Shown here in pieces: positions 9,073-19,103 of a DNA stretch of 42,455 nt. Position 1 is the stretch's first letter. Every line of letters begins with the position of its first letter. Made by a program: the position numbers and the translations under genes. Origin of the DNA: an uncultured Nitrososphaerota archaeon (GTDB taxonomy: Archaea > Thermoproteota > EX4484-205 > JAAOZP01); contig CAYQCW010000014.1 of the NCBI GenBank assembly GCA_964416155.1, positions 1 to 42,455 of the forward strand, written 5' to 3'. Below the pieces are notes generated by a model. It made no database searches. It saw nothing but the letters and a program-made list of their open reading frames with translations, and was not told where the DNA came from.

Positions 9073-12000
9073 ATGCGTTTAATTTCAATGGTTAATAGGC
9101 AACGGAACATAACTAGACTACTTCTAATATTAGGCCCTATCTTTTTTTCACTCAACATGCAAGAATTCACACTACTTCCAGACCCACAAAACCAGGGAAC
9201 AGGAGGAGAGTATTTGCCCCTTATGCCAGTGTCATTTTCCAATGGAATATCGTATGTTGACTATAACATGCTTAGCCTAGCTGTCGGGGGTGAAACGAAT
9301 CTGAATCTTGAAAATTTTACACAGCTTGTCGAAAACTACTTCATGCTTGCAAATATTCGCTTAATCGGTCTTTCAATTGGTTGGGAGGAGCATGCGAATA
9401 CGAGTTTTTCGAACATACCCTTTTATACGTGGGTTGACGAATTTCTGACTGTAGCCGACGAATACGGTATAGATGTCTTTTTTGTTTTCAATCCTTGGAA
9501 GAAAACAAATGGGAATCGTTCATGGTGGGTTGATTTTTCTGCAGATAAGCCTGAGCTGCAGGCATTATTTAAAAACTTTCAGAGCAATACAAATGAACCG
9601 GTTCTCTTAATCGCTGACTCACCACTCGTACAAGAACAGTTAAAAGAGGATTTGAAACAGCTATATTCATATTATGGATGGCATACTTCTTGGAAGGGGA
9701 TAGCGATTAAAGGACCTGAAGATATAACTCCCCTCATCTTGTTTGATGATTTAGCAGGAAAGATAGTCTGTAATAATTACACATTAAACAATTTCCTGGA
9801 TTCTATTTATTATTCGAGAGAAGCTATTGCAAGCGGCACTCACATTGATGGCACAAGCTGTAAACTTTGGCAGCAGTTCAGAGAGAATAAAGAATTACTT
9901 GCATTTTCATCGGGCTATGCACAGAGATCTTATTCTCAAGATTTAAGCGGAAACCGAATGATCGCCATGGTTTTCAAGGCCAGCAGGTCCATAAACGGAT
10001 TTAAAGTAAGCTGGTATGGTCGACGCGTTAATGCATCTAGCGAGCTTACTCTAGAATTATATGGTATAGATGTCGGTTACTTGAGCATAAATACTTCACC
10101 CGTTGAAACAGTAAAGATTCCTGCACAGCAGATTAGAACACAAATTGGATGGCAGCCTTTCGTCTGGTTCAAATCAAGATTGAATGAAGGAGAGACATAT
10201 TCAATTGTTTTCAAGGCGGACGACGGAGAGGGTTCTGACAAATATGAAGTGTATTACAGGAACTGGAGAGTCGACGATTCCGTATTCCTAGTGTCTAGCG
10301 ATAGCGGTCGACGATTAACTTGGCTGTTTAAAGGTTCTGCAATTATGTGGATTAAAGACACATTTGATGCGGATTACATGATACATCCTTTCCAAGATCG
10401 GGGGATAATTAGGAACGATAAAAGCGATGTAAGACAAATATTTCAATCACCAAGAAACATTACGTTTAACACCATATTTCTGTCAGTGTCAGACAGACCT
10501 TACGATGAGAATATAGCAACCGTAAAAGTGATCAGAAATTCAGATGGTAAAGTTATTGCAAAGGGGAGTATTAATCCGAGCTATACAAAAGGAATGTACT
10601 GGTGGTTGCCCATACCGTTAGAATCTGAAGCCGTTTTGGAAGAACGAGAAAACTATACTCTTATGGTTGAAAGGATGAGTGTCGGAGAAGGATGGCAAAT
10701 CCACTATATTGTAACAGACCCTGCTGAAGCAGGGCCTCAAGGCCAGAGTAAAATGCTGTTGTTTAAACTGGCCTATATAGATCCCGTTGTCGTTAACTTT
10801 ATGAAAATCGGTCCTCCGGGAAGAGCTGGACCTGAGGCAGGATGGCCTGGTGCGGAGTATAGAACCTGGTGGGCCCAGCGCTATAACATATCGAGAACCG
10901 CACCACTGGTCAGAGTTGAAGTAAACATTGAAAAATATGGTAATCCCGGAGACTTGATTGTTAGACTTAGAGAGGATGATGGAACGGGCCTAGCACCAGC
11001 TGAAGAGGACGTAGAAGTAGTAAGAATACCTGCTGTTGGCATACCTGCTGGCAGAGTTTGGCTGAACATCACCGGCTGGAATACGACTCTTAACGCTGGA
11101 AAAACGTATTGGATCATTTTATCAACAGATGAGGCGCCAAAAGGCAATGGATATTGGCCTTGGAAAATAGAATACGCCTACCAATTTTTAATAAAAAGGT
11201 CTGACGATGCAGGCATGTCTTGGGTGAACCCTCATGAACCGGCTGAACTTTACATAAACCTCTTCACTTCCAACAAGGAATTCGTAGTGGAGCCTGAAGA
11301 CATAGTTAGAGAAACATATGTGACTGATAAGAAACAGGTAGCCCAATCTTTCTCATTAGACAACGATACTTATGTGAATGGGGTTCTGATATTTCTCAGC
11401 AGAAGCCCGAGCGATCAGAACGGTCTTACAATAGCTGAAATTAGGACAGATAACGGTTTTGATTCGCCTTCAACAATGGTGCTTACTTCAGGCAAAATTC
11501 GAATGGTTGAAAACAGAGTGACTTTTAAAGGGATGCAGCTTGTTGAGTTCGAATATCCTTATTTTCTTAAAGCAGGGGTGAAGTACTGGCTGGTGATTAG
11601 AGGTGACAGTTCTGCAAGAGTGGAACCTCACGTATTTGCCTTCCACTATCCGGAACTCAGCTACGGTGGAACCCAGCTTAAGGTTAAGATTACAAGTGAC
11701 GGAGGCCAGAATTGGTATTTACCGGAGGGTAGGGAAGCAGATCTTCTTTTTGGACTCGTGAGAGCACCTTGCAACCCACGCTTTTCTACAATCCAAGAGC
11801 TGGTTGAAGACATCGAGAAGCATCACGTACAGGATGCTTACGAGGAGCCAGTTCATGGGTTGAATATTTATTTGAATGTTCAAATAAGTAGTCTACAAAA
11901 AAAGCTGGTAGAATGGTTTGACTCCTATACTGGGAGAAACTGGTTTTCGCTGGATTTTAATCATCCTCGTATTTTGGAAGAAATTCAAGGCTGGCGAAAG

Positions 12001-13614
12001 TTATTCTCTATCATTAGAATAAACAATATTTCTGAGGTCGTTGAGATCTTTACAGAATTTCCAATGGTAATGCCAATTCCGGAACTGAATGTGGCTGAAG
12101 GAAACCTATCTCTGGTCGAAAAGTATTATGGGGCAATATTTTCTAAATACTTTTTGCCTTTTACGTTGTTTAACCTAGACGATATTAGACTGTTAAAAAC
12201 AATGATGAATACAAGCATCTCCAGTTTTTGGAATGTTTCGAAACTAATGAGATACACCGGTAGGCCCTACGGTAGAAGCGCAGACACGGTAAGGATCCTG
12301 TTAATTGGAGAAAACTATGCACAAACTTTAGCACAGTATCTTCTATCTACAGTTAACGTTACATTGGCTAGAGTAGATATAGATCAGAATCTTTCTAGAT
12401 TCGGCGATTTCAAAACCTATGACGTTATAGTTTTGGCATCAGATAAATATTCTGCAGAATGGCTTACACAAAATGCTCGACAACGTATAAAAGAGTTCGT
12501 GGAAAGAGGAGGCGGGCTTGTGGTTATTTTTGACTGGCCGGAATGGGTGAATGAAATCGTAGGCTTTAACTCTACAATTGAAAAAATATCCTCTGGACAG
12601 ATCTCTTACGCGGATTTTAAACATCCTATTTTAGCCTCCCATACTTCAATCGATTGGTATAATGCCTATTGGAGTATTTACAAAATTATCCAAATAGGCG
12701 AGAACGCGGCATTCATCGTTAGAGACTCTAATGGCCAACCATGGATAAGCTCTAATCCATATGGTTCCGGGTTTGGCATCCTCTGTGGGGCACCTTCCGA
12801 AAATATTAATGAGCTTAAGTACGATTATTTAACAATCTTAGTGAATGCTATTTTTTACGCGACTAAAAAGGATGGTATGTTACCGGCAGTATGGTACGGA
12901 GACTCTTTGAAAGAAAGGCCATTAAGCGATTATACAGGATATACGATAAGTGGGAAGCCGGGAGGACCACTCCTCCTATGGCTTACTAGCAATAATAACA
13001 AAACAGAGTTTGAAATAAATCTTAACGCTAATTTCTTCAACATCGACACCAAAGGGTGGGTTGCTTTAGATGCAGTCAGCTGGCTACCAGTAAGCATGGG
13101 CAATGGCACTAAAATTGGCATAAAAATTCAGTCTGGAACATGGTTGCCAATCTACATAATGAACGATACTCAGAATTTTCACATACTTTATTCTAACTCA
13201 CTCATTAAAGCCCAGAAAATATATCCGAATCAGGCGCTTTATGAGATACGTTCTGATCTAGATCAAGACGTTTGGCTAATAGTGCGAAGCACCGCGGTAC
13301 CTAAAGAGATATGGGTAGATGCTAACCTCATAAGAGGCGTTAGTGAGCTTTCTACTCTCTATAAGTCTGGCGAGGATTCGTATTTTTACGATGAGAAAAA
13401 TCGGCTAACTTACATTAGGTTTATGGCTAAAAAAAAGGATGTTGCCGTAAGAACAATTCATGAAGAAACACAGCCAATATTCTACATTTTTGACGAAAAT
13501 AAGCAGTTTATATATGCTTTACTTATACTATCACTTGTATTAGTTGAACTCTATGCCTTGAACAGAGCCAGGTCTAGAGTCGTGGCGACAAGGGGAAAAT
13601 GTAAAGCCTATTGA
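9073..13614 (+). CDS. Large secreted protein (1513 aa): glycoside-hydrolase-like N-terminus, four beta-sandwich repeats, glutamine-amidotransferase/ThuA-like domain, C-terminal TM
   Basis: Signal peptide. WVDEFLTVADEYGIDVFF is GH TIM-barrel-like. Repeats carry AQSF/AQRY...L.AG..YW++. YDVIVL...IKEFVERGGGLVV marks a GATase-like domain. C-terminal TM plus basic residues. Confidence 0.75.
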   Translation: MRLISMVNRQRNITRLLLILGPIFFSLNMQEFTLLPDPQNQGTGGEYLPLMPVSFSNGISYVDYNMLSLAVGGETNLNLENFTQLVENYFMLANIRLIGLSIGWEEHANTSFSNIPFYTWVDEFLTVADEYGIDVFFVFNPWKKTNGNRSWWVDFSADKPELQALFKNFQSNTNEPVLLIADSPLVQEQLKEDLKQLYSYYGWHTSWKGIAIKGPEDITPLILFDDLAGKIVCNNYTLNNFLDSIYYSREAIASGTHIDGTSCKLWQQFRENKELLAFSSGYAQRSYSQDLSGNRMIAMVFKASRSINGFKVSWYGRRVNASSELTLELYGIDVGYLSINTSPVETVKIPAQQIRTQIGWQPFVWFKSRLNEGETYSIVFKADDGEGSDKYEVYYRNWRVDDSVFLVSSDSGRRLTWLFKGSAIMWIKDTFDADYMIHPFQDRGIIRNDKSDVRQIFQSPRNITFNTIFLSVSDRPYDENIATVKVIRNSDGKVIAKGSINPSYTKGMYWWLPIPLESEAVLEERENYTLMVERMSVGEGWQIHYIVTDPAEAGPQGQSKMLLFKLAYIDPVVVNFMKIGPPGRAGPEAGWPGAEYRTWWAQRYNISRTAPLVRVEVNIEKYGNPGDLIVRLREDDGTGLAPAEEDVEVVRIPAVGIPAGRVWLNITGWNTTLNAGKTYWIILSTDEAPKGNGYWPWKIEYAYQFLIKRSDDAGMSWVNPHEPAELYINLFTSNKEFVVEPEDIVRETYVTDKKQVAQSFSLDNDTYVNGVLIFLSRSPSDQNGLTIAEIRTDNGFDSPSTMVLTSGKIRMVENRVTFKGMQLVEFEYPYFLKAGVKYWLVIRGDSSARVEPHVFAFHYPELSYGGTQLKVKITSDGGQNWYLPEGREADLLFGLVRAPCNPRFSTIQELVEDIEKHHVQDAYEEPVHGLNIYLNVQISSLQKKLVEWFDSYTGRNWFSLDFNHPRILEEIQGWRKLFSIIRINNISEVVEIFTEFPMVMPIPELNVAEGNLSLVEKYYGAIFSKYFLPFTLFNLDDIRLLKTMMNTSISSFWNVSKLMRYTGRPYGRSADTVRILLIGENYAQTLAQYLLSTVNVTLARVDIDQNLSRFGDFKTYDVIVLASDKYSAEWLTQNARQRIKEFVERGGGLVVIFDWPEWVNEIVGFNSTIEKISSGQISYADFKHPILASHTSIDWYNAYWSIYKIIQIGENAAFIVRDSNGQPWISSNPYGSGFGILCGAPSENINELKYDYLTILVNAIFYATKKDGMLPAVWYGDSLKERPLSDYTGYTISGKPGGPLLLWLTSNNNKTEFEINLNANFFNIDTKGWVALDAVSWLPVSMGNGTKIGIKIQSGTWLPIYIMNDTQNFHILYSNSLIKAQKIYPNQALYEIRSDLDQDVWLIVRSTAVPKEIWVDANLIRGVSELSTLYKSGEDSYFYDEKNRLTYIRFMAKKKDVAVRTIHEETQPIFYIFDENKQFIYALLILSLVLVELYALNRARSRVVATRGKCKAY

Positions 13615-13726
13615 TATTCACAGTGTTCATTGAATTAGAGCACTACACCCATCACAACATCATCATAGTATATTCTTTTCAACCTAAAGAAATAAATAAT
13701 GGTGTAGTACAGGGGATGAATATTCA

Positions 13727-15256
13727 ATGAACATTTCCAGAAAGGTGTCTGCGGCCATAACCTATAATGCTGTCAGGATAGTTATTTCAACTCTGCTTTC
13801 GATATTCTACAGTATAATAGCGGTTAGATGGCTGCAAATCCAGAATTTCGGCGGTTATAGTTTTTTAGACAGTATCTTTTCGATATTGGCCACTATTTAC
13901 GTTCTCGGAACTCACGCCCCTTTGCTTAGATTCATCCCTGAATTTACAGCGAAAAAGGACTACCCCCGTTTGCGAAAACTCTTATCTTCACTACAAAAAA
14001 TAAACCTAGCAGGTTCCTGCATTGCGACCCTGGCAATTTTCCTTGGGGCAGATGTTTTTCTGGGTTTCTTAGGAAGACCGGAACTGGCATTTTACGCTAG
14101 GCTGATAGCTCTTGGAATCGTTCCTAGGGCTGTGTTAGGTATAACAAAGAACGTTCTGAACAGCCTGTATGAACAGAGGTTCTTGAGCATTTTTGAAACA
14201 TTTTTTTCAGCTCTCGAACTCTTCCTCTTAATAATTTTTGTAGTTTTTCTTAAACTTGAATTAACCGGAGTTATAATTATTAATTTAATTACTAATTCGG
14301 TAGCAGCCACAGTATATTCCCTATACGTTAGAAGGCGACATGTTCAGCTATTTAGAGGTGAGGAGAAACCACTTGAAGTAGACACTATCCAGAGAATTAT
14401 TAAATACACCACCCCGCTTACTGTCCTCGACCTAATAGGCAGCTTCCTAAGTTCAGCAGGCAATATAATTCTCGGAACCCTGAGGAACTTAGAGGATGTT
14501 GCCTATTTTGATATTCCCAATTCTTTTGTCAACAGAGTATTTTCGCAAGCGTGGCTGGTAATCGGAGCCATTGGAACCATATCCTTAACTGAAATCCGCT
14601 ACTCAAGTGAGAGTAGGTTTAGGTTTGCGATTGAACAGTATGTAAAGCTACTATCGCTTTACGCTTTTCCGGTTACGGTAGGAGGAGTAGTTTTGGCTGA
14701 GCCGATATTATTAACTCTCTATGGAAGCAAGGTTCTCCCCTCCGTCCAAATATTTCGGATCCTGCTGCTGGCATACTGCCCACTTAAAATACTTGCAATA
14801 AGTGACCCTATCTTGCGTGTGACAGAAAAGACACATATACTCCTTTTGGGAGGAATAGCTCGCTCAGTGATTATAATAATTTTGGGCTTTTTGCTTGTTC
14901 CTAACATGGGGGCAATAGGCGCAGCTATATCAACAATCACTTCGTCAGCAATAGTGATTGCAGGCTACATTTACATTATAGCTGTTAGGAACCATTTAGG
15001 GAATTTTATACCGACAGGCGTTTTAGGAAAGTATCTTGCGTCAAGCTTACTCATGGGGGCAGTTTTAGAATTGCTTTACTATTCAATGAGTGGAGCAACC
15101 GTTATCCTGTTGGTATCTGCCTTCATAATCGGGCCTCTAACATACGCTTTGGCCCTAAGGTTTGTAAGAGCATTCGACCAGAAAGATAAGAAGCTCATCA
15201 TGGATTCAAAAATACCTTTCAAATCAGCCATACTGAAGCTCCTTTGGAACGCTTAA
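13727..15256 (+). CDS. Oligosaccharide flippase (Wzx/MOP superfamily)
   Basis: 509 aa with about 12-14 TMs. N-terminal 'VRWLQIQNFGGYS...LRFIPEF' and C-terminal 'LVPNMGAIGAAIS' patterns. Confidence 0.9.
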   Translation: MNISRKVSAAITYNAVRIVISTLLSIFYSIIAVRWLQIQNFGGYSFLDSIFSILATIYVLGTHAPLLRFIPEFTAKKDYPRLRKLLSSLQKINLAGSCIATLAIFLGADVFLGFLGRPELAFYARLIALGIVPRAVLGITKNVLNSLYEQRFLSIFETFFSALELFLLIIFVVFLKLELTGVIIINLITNSVAATVYSLYVRRRHVQLFRGEEKPLEVDTIQRIIKYTTPLTVLDLIGSFLSSAGNIILGTLRNLEDVAYFDIPNSFVNRVFSQAWLVIGAIGTISLTEIRYSSESRFRFAIEQYVKLLSLYAFPVTVGGVVLAEPILLTLYGSKVLPSVQIFRILLLAYCPLKILAISDPILRVTEKTHILLLGGIARSVIIIILGFLLVPNMGAIGAAISTITSSAIVIAGYIYIIAVRNHLGNFIPTGVLGKYLASSLLMGAVLELLYYSMSGATVILLVSAFIIGPLTYALALRFVRAFDQKDKKLIMDSKIPFKSAILKLLWNA

Positions 15257-15366
15257 AGTAAATCTTTATCAAGTGATCTAAACCGCCGCGTAAACTTCTG
15301 ACTACGCTTTGATGTTACCAGCAAATGGTTTTTAAACCCTGGTAGGATTTAGGAATCGTATTTGCA

Positions 15367-16554
15367 TTGAGGGTATGCAGGCTGGTCTGGAACTTCCCGC
15401 AAGCTGAGAGAATAAGCTATGGGTTAGGGCCAAATTTCTACTATATTTCCAAGGAACAGGTGGAGCAGGGCTATGAAGTGGATGTCATAGCTAGAAGAGG
15501 AGTAAACGAACCAGAATGTGAGGAAATAGATGGAATAAGGATTCACAGGGTGAAATCCCCCTATAATGTGAATGCTATGAGAGAGTTAACCAGGTTAAAC
15601 TCGCAAAGACCTTTCGACATAATTCATGCTCACGGAACCTGTGGAATATCCTATCCTTTATTCAGATTTAGTATCCGTAAACCCTTGGTTGTACATACTC
15701 ATGGTACTGCCCGTGGCATGGCTTTTCATCGCTGCTCTCCACCTACTGTTGTCTCGCTCAAGGACAGCCTTAAATCGAGGATAAGGGAGTCAACAGCAAT
15801 ATTTAGACAAGAGATTTATTGGCGGTCAGCCGACATGCTTCTGGCTGTAAGCTATTTTCTTAAAAACGAGATAGAGAAACTATATAATATCGATAGTTCA
15901 AAGATTGAAGTTGCTTACAACGGTGTCAATACATCAATATTTAGGAAAACAGATAGTAGTGATGAATTAAGGAGGCTGGGGCTTGAGGGTAAACGGATTA
16001 TCCTCTACGTGGGGCACTTCGGCCTCAGAAAGGGAATCCCCTACCTGATTGAAGCGATGCGTGAGATACTTCGGGAGGAGCCTGATGCTTTCCTACTATG
16101 CGTAGGCGGCACTCCAGAGTGGCTTGGAACCGATGTTTATTGGCGGATCCTTAAGGAGAAAATCGAGCAAGCAGGAATACAGAAGAACGCGATGCTTATG
16201 GACCAGATACCACACCAAAAATTGCCGATGTATTATTCTATGGCTGAAGTGTTTGCTTTTCCCTCTCTCTATGAGGCGATGGGGAAAGTGGTGGTGGAGG
16301 CGATGGCATGCGAGACACCTGTTGTAGCTTCACACGTAGGTGGCATAGCGGAAATAGTGGAAAACGGAAGAAGTGGGTTTTTAGTAAAACCTAAGGATGT
16401 TAAAGGCCTCAGTGAGGCAGTCCTTACGGTGCTTCAGGATAAACATCTTGCCAATAAATTTACTCAGGAGGGAAGGCGGATAGTAGAGTCTAAGTTCACA
16501 TGGAAAAACACCGTGAAACAGATTTCAAGAGCATATGGAAAAATACTTGTGTAA
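15367..16554 (+). CDS. GT4 family glycosyltransferase
   Basis: DIIHAH, YNGVN, RKGIPYLIEA and PSLYEAMGKVVVEAMACETPVV (EX7E). Confidence 0.95.
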   Translation: MRVCRLVWNFPQAERISYGLGPNFYYISKEQVEQGYEVDVIARRGVNEPECEEIDGIRIHRVKSPYNVNAMRELTRLNSQRPFDIIHAHGTCGISYPLFRFSIRKPLVVHTHGTARGMAFHRCSPPTVVSLKDSLKSRIRESTAIFRQEIYWRSADMLLAVSYFLKNEIEKLYNIDSSKIEVAYNGVNTSIFRKTDSSDELRRLGLEGKRIILYVGHFGLRKGIPYLIEAMREILREEPDAFLLCVGGTPEWLGTDVYWRILKEKIEQAGIQKNAMLMDQIPHQKLPMYYSMAEVFAFPSLYEAMGKVVVEAMACETPVVASHVGGIAEIVENGRSGFLVKPKDVKGLSEAVLTVLQDKHLANKFTQEGRRIVESKFTWKNTVKQISRAYGKILV

Positions 16555-17770
16555 CTTAAAAGCTTTTAATCATGATTCTCAGCATACTATCGAGTTGAAA
16601 CCCGAAAAGAAGTTAGGGATTCTACTTATATCAAGTCATTTCTATCCTAAGGTTGATGGAACCACCAGGTCCATCGATAAAATAATTAGGAGCCTAAGCA
16701 GAAGGGGGCACAGGATATTGTTTGCGACAAGAATGCTTCCCAATACGCAAAGTTTTGAAATCTATGAAAAAGCCGAGATATATAGGAGCGGGCCTTCAGG
16801 TTTTTCCGCATTCTCAAGATTCATCTTTGGTCTAAACCAAGTCAGGCTAATTATTAGAATATTGAGAAGAAAAAAGGAAGATGTTGATATCTTTGAAGCT
16901 CATGGCTTCGCCTCAATGATTGCCTGCTTCCTATTGAAAATAATATTCAGAAAACCCGTAGTTTTGTTTTTCCACGGTCTTCCCCGAATATGGATAGGCA
17001 GGTTTAAATGGAGAAAATCTTACGAACAACTATTAAGTTTCCCATTTGAAAAATTCTTGATAAGACAGGCAGATAGAATAATAGTAAGATCGCGTTTATT
17101 TGCTAAAATACTTGTTAATATTTATGGTGGAGGGTTTGAAGATAAAGTGAGGGTTTTACCGCATCCGGTTGACACAGAGGTTTTCGACTTCCACATGCCA
17201 TCATCAACCAGCTCCACCATACTGTTTGTAGGAAGCCTTTCAAGGGTCTATGGTGTCGATCTTCTTCTAAAGGCTACACCACAAATATTGGAAAAGATAA
17301 ACAATGCAAGAATCGTCATAGTTGGGCATGGGCCTTTAAAGCGGGAACTCCAAGATCTTGCTCGTGAACTGGGCATAGAAAAAGCCGTGCAGTTCGTCGG
17401 ATACATTGGCGATCCCCATATTTTAGCCAATTACTACCGTCTCTCAACCTTGGTAGTTATCCCTCTTTACTATGAAGGATACATTTTGTCTTTGGTGGCA
17501 GTGGAAGCCCTGTCTTGCGGAAGGCCTGTCGTAACAACAATGAGGCTGGAGCCGAGAATGGAAAAAATAGGCGTGTTTACCGTAAAAACCTATGATCCTA
17601 AAGACCTGGCTAGAACAATTTTGCATGTAATAAACGATGTTGATTTAAAAACTATTGGATTAGCAGCCAGAGAATATGTGAAGAAAAACCACTCTGAAAA
17701 GATATACGGTTTAAGGTTAGAAAGAATCTATTATGAACTGATTGCTCATTATAAAAATACGAGTCAGTGA
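16535..17770 (+). CDS. GT4 family glycosyltransferase
   Basis: ILFVGSL, IVGHGP and YEGYILSLVAVEALSCGRPVV. True start may be slightly downstream. Confidence 0.92.
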   Translation: MEKYLCNLKAFNHDSQHTIELKPEKKLGILLISSHFYPKVDGTTRSIDKIIRSLSRRGHRILFATRMLPNTQSFEIYEKAEIYRSGPSGFSAFSRFIFGLNQVRLIIRILRRKKEDVDIFEAHGFASMIACFLLKIIFRKPVVLFFHGLPRIWIGRFKWRKSYEQLLSFPFEKFLIRQADRIIVRSRLFAKILVNIYGGGFEDKVRVLPHPVDTEVFDFHMPSSTSSTILFVGSLSRVYGVDLLLKATPQILEKINNARIVIVGHGPLKRELQDLARELGIEKAVQFVGYIGDPHILANYYRLSTLVVIPLYYEGYILSLVAVEALSCGRPVVTTMRLEPRMEKIGVFTVKTYDPKDLARTILHVINDVDLKTIGLAAREYVKKNHSEKIYGLRLERIYYELIAHYKNTSQ

Positions 17771-17771
17771 A

Positions 17772-19097
17772 TTACGCGTCCATATCTATTTTGAAAATAC
17801 TATCTGCAATAAAAGGTAACGCTTCCTTACCCTCAGCCATTTCAATGATTAGAGGGAACTTTCTCAAAGAACTTTCCCCGCTAATAATGTTTCTGTCAAG
17901 TTCAAGCTTTAATTTTACACTGGCTCTCATCGACCACCAATTATAACAGTCAAACCCGTTTGTTACCCAGAAGCTTCTAACCATGGCTTCATCTAAACTC
18001 CAGAGAAAAAGCTTATAGACTTGCTGGAAGACTTCTTTGCTCAAATATGTATTGTGAAAATTAATGGCAAAGCAGCCGTGATATTTGATAACAGTATCCA
18101 TCAGCCTATGCATGACTGATTGACAATCATCATACGTATATTGCTTATGTAAGGATGTCCAATCCATAAACGCCATAGGTATTTCCAGAATGTTTAATCT
18201 TCTTTTAAGCAGCGGATCTACTGGATGAAAAGGATAGCAAAGTTGAGATTTGAATCCGAAATACTTGTTGTTGCTGAAGGTTGAGTCGTATCCTAGACCC
18301 GCCTCCTCCTCAAGCCTCCAAGTTAAGCCTGGCTTGAACTTCAACCTGTGATATCTCACACCATAGATCTCTGAGCCGGTTGCTTCCTGAAGACTTGTGA
18401 GCTCCTCCTTCAACATGTCAAGCACCTTGTGTGAAGCCCTTGCAGCGTGCAAACCTATTTCGAAGCCTTTTTCCTTCAACAACTCTTGGACTCCACGTGC
18501 TTTTTCTAAATCGTTGTAATTGGTTTTGAGGAAGAAGGTTGATTTAAACCCCCTGGATTTCTCGATTTCGATTATCTCAGGTATGTTGTAGCCGTAATCC
18601 TCTCTTAGAAACAGATGCTTGAACACTAGTTTCAAAAACTTAGGAAACGAGTTGTTCCTATAAACAACTTTATGGAAGGGAGAGTAGGACAGCCAGTCCA
18701 CATCATGCGTCAGAACGACACATGCCTTCGAGAAGTTTGGCCAATACCATTTTCTCACTAATGGTAAACCCTCTGCCAAGTAAAGGTTTCTGAGGTGTGC
18801 GAGCAGCCTATCTTCCAGCTCGTTAATCCTCAAGTCGAAACAATCCCTATCCTCCACGGAGGAAGAGCCGGAGAGCGCGTTCAAAACCTCGTCCATCGGC
18901 AACACGTCTTCAGCCACCAGGAGGCTCTTATTGAAGGAGGCTTCACGCGGCTTGGTTGAGGATATTAGCAGCGGGAAGTCGCCTTCACCAGCCTCCCTGT
19001 ACACGATGCCCAAATGGTCTAGAACCTCCATCAACACTTCATCCATTAAAGCATCCGTGCGCACAAGCCCCAGCTCCAGCCTAGTGGTCTCCGCCAA
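17772..19097 (-). CDS. Polysaccharide deacetylase family protein (NodB-like) with N-terminal extension
   Basis: LTHDVD, STFF, EIGLH, GVRYH, YDST, LEIP and NFHN motifs. Confidence 0.88.
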   Translation of the reverse strand: MAETTRLELGLVRTDALMDEVLMEVLDHLGIVYREAGEGDFPLLISSTKPREASFNKSLLVAEDVLPMDEVLNALSGSSSVEDRDCFDLRINELEDRLLAHLRNLYLAEGLPLVRKWYWPNFSKACVVLTHDVDWLSYSPFHKVVYRNNSFPKFLKLVFKHLFLREDYGYNIPEIIEIEKSRGFKSTFFLKTNYNDLEKARGVQELLKEKGFEIGLHAARASHKVLDMLKEELTSLQEATGSEIYGVRYHRLKFKPGLTWRLEEEAGLGYDSTFSNNKYFGFKSQLCYPFHPVDPLLKRRLNILEIPMAFMDWTSLHKQYTYDDCQSVMHRLMDTVIKYHGCFAINFHNTYLSKEVFQQVYKLFLWSLDEAMVRSFWVTNGFDCYNWWSMRASVKLKLELDRNIISGESSLRKFPLIIEMAEGKEALPFIADSIFKIDMDA

Positions 19098-19103
19098 TTA
19101 CCC

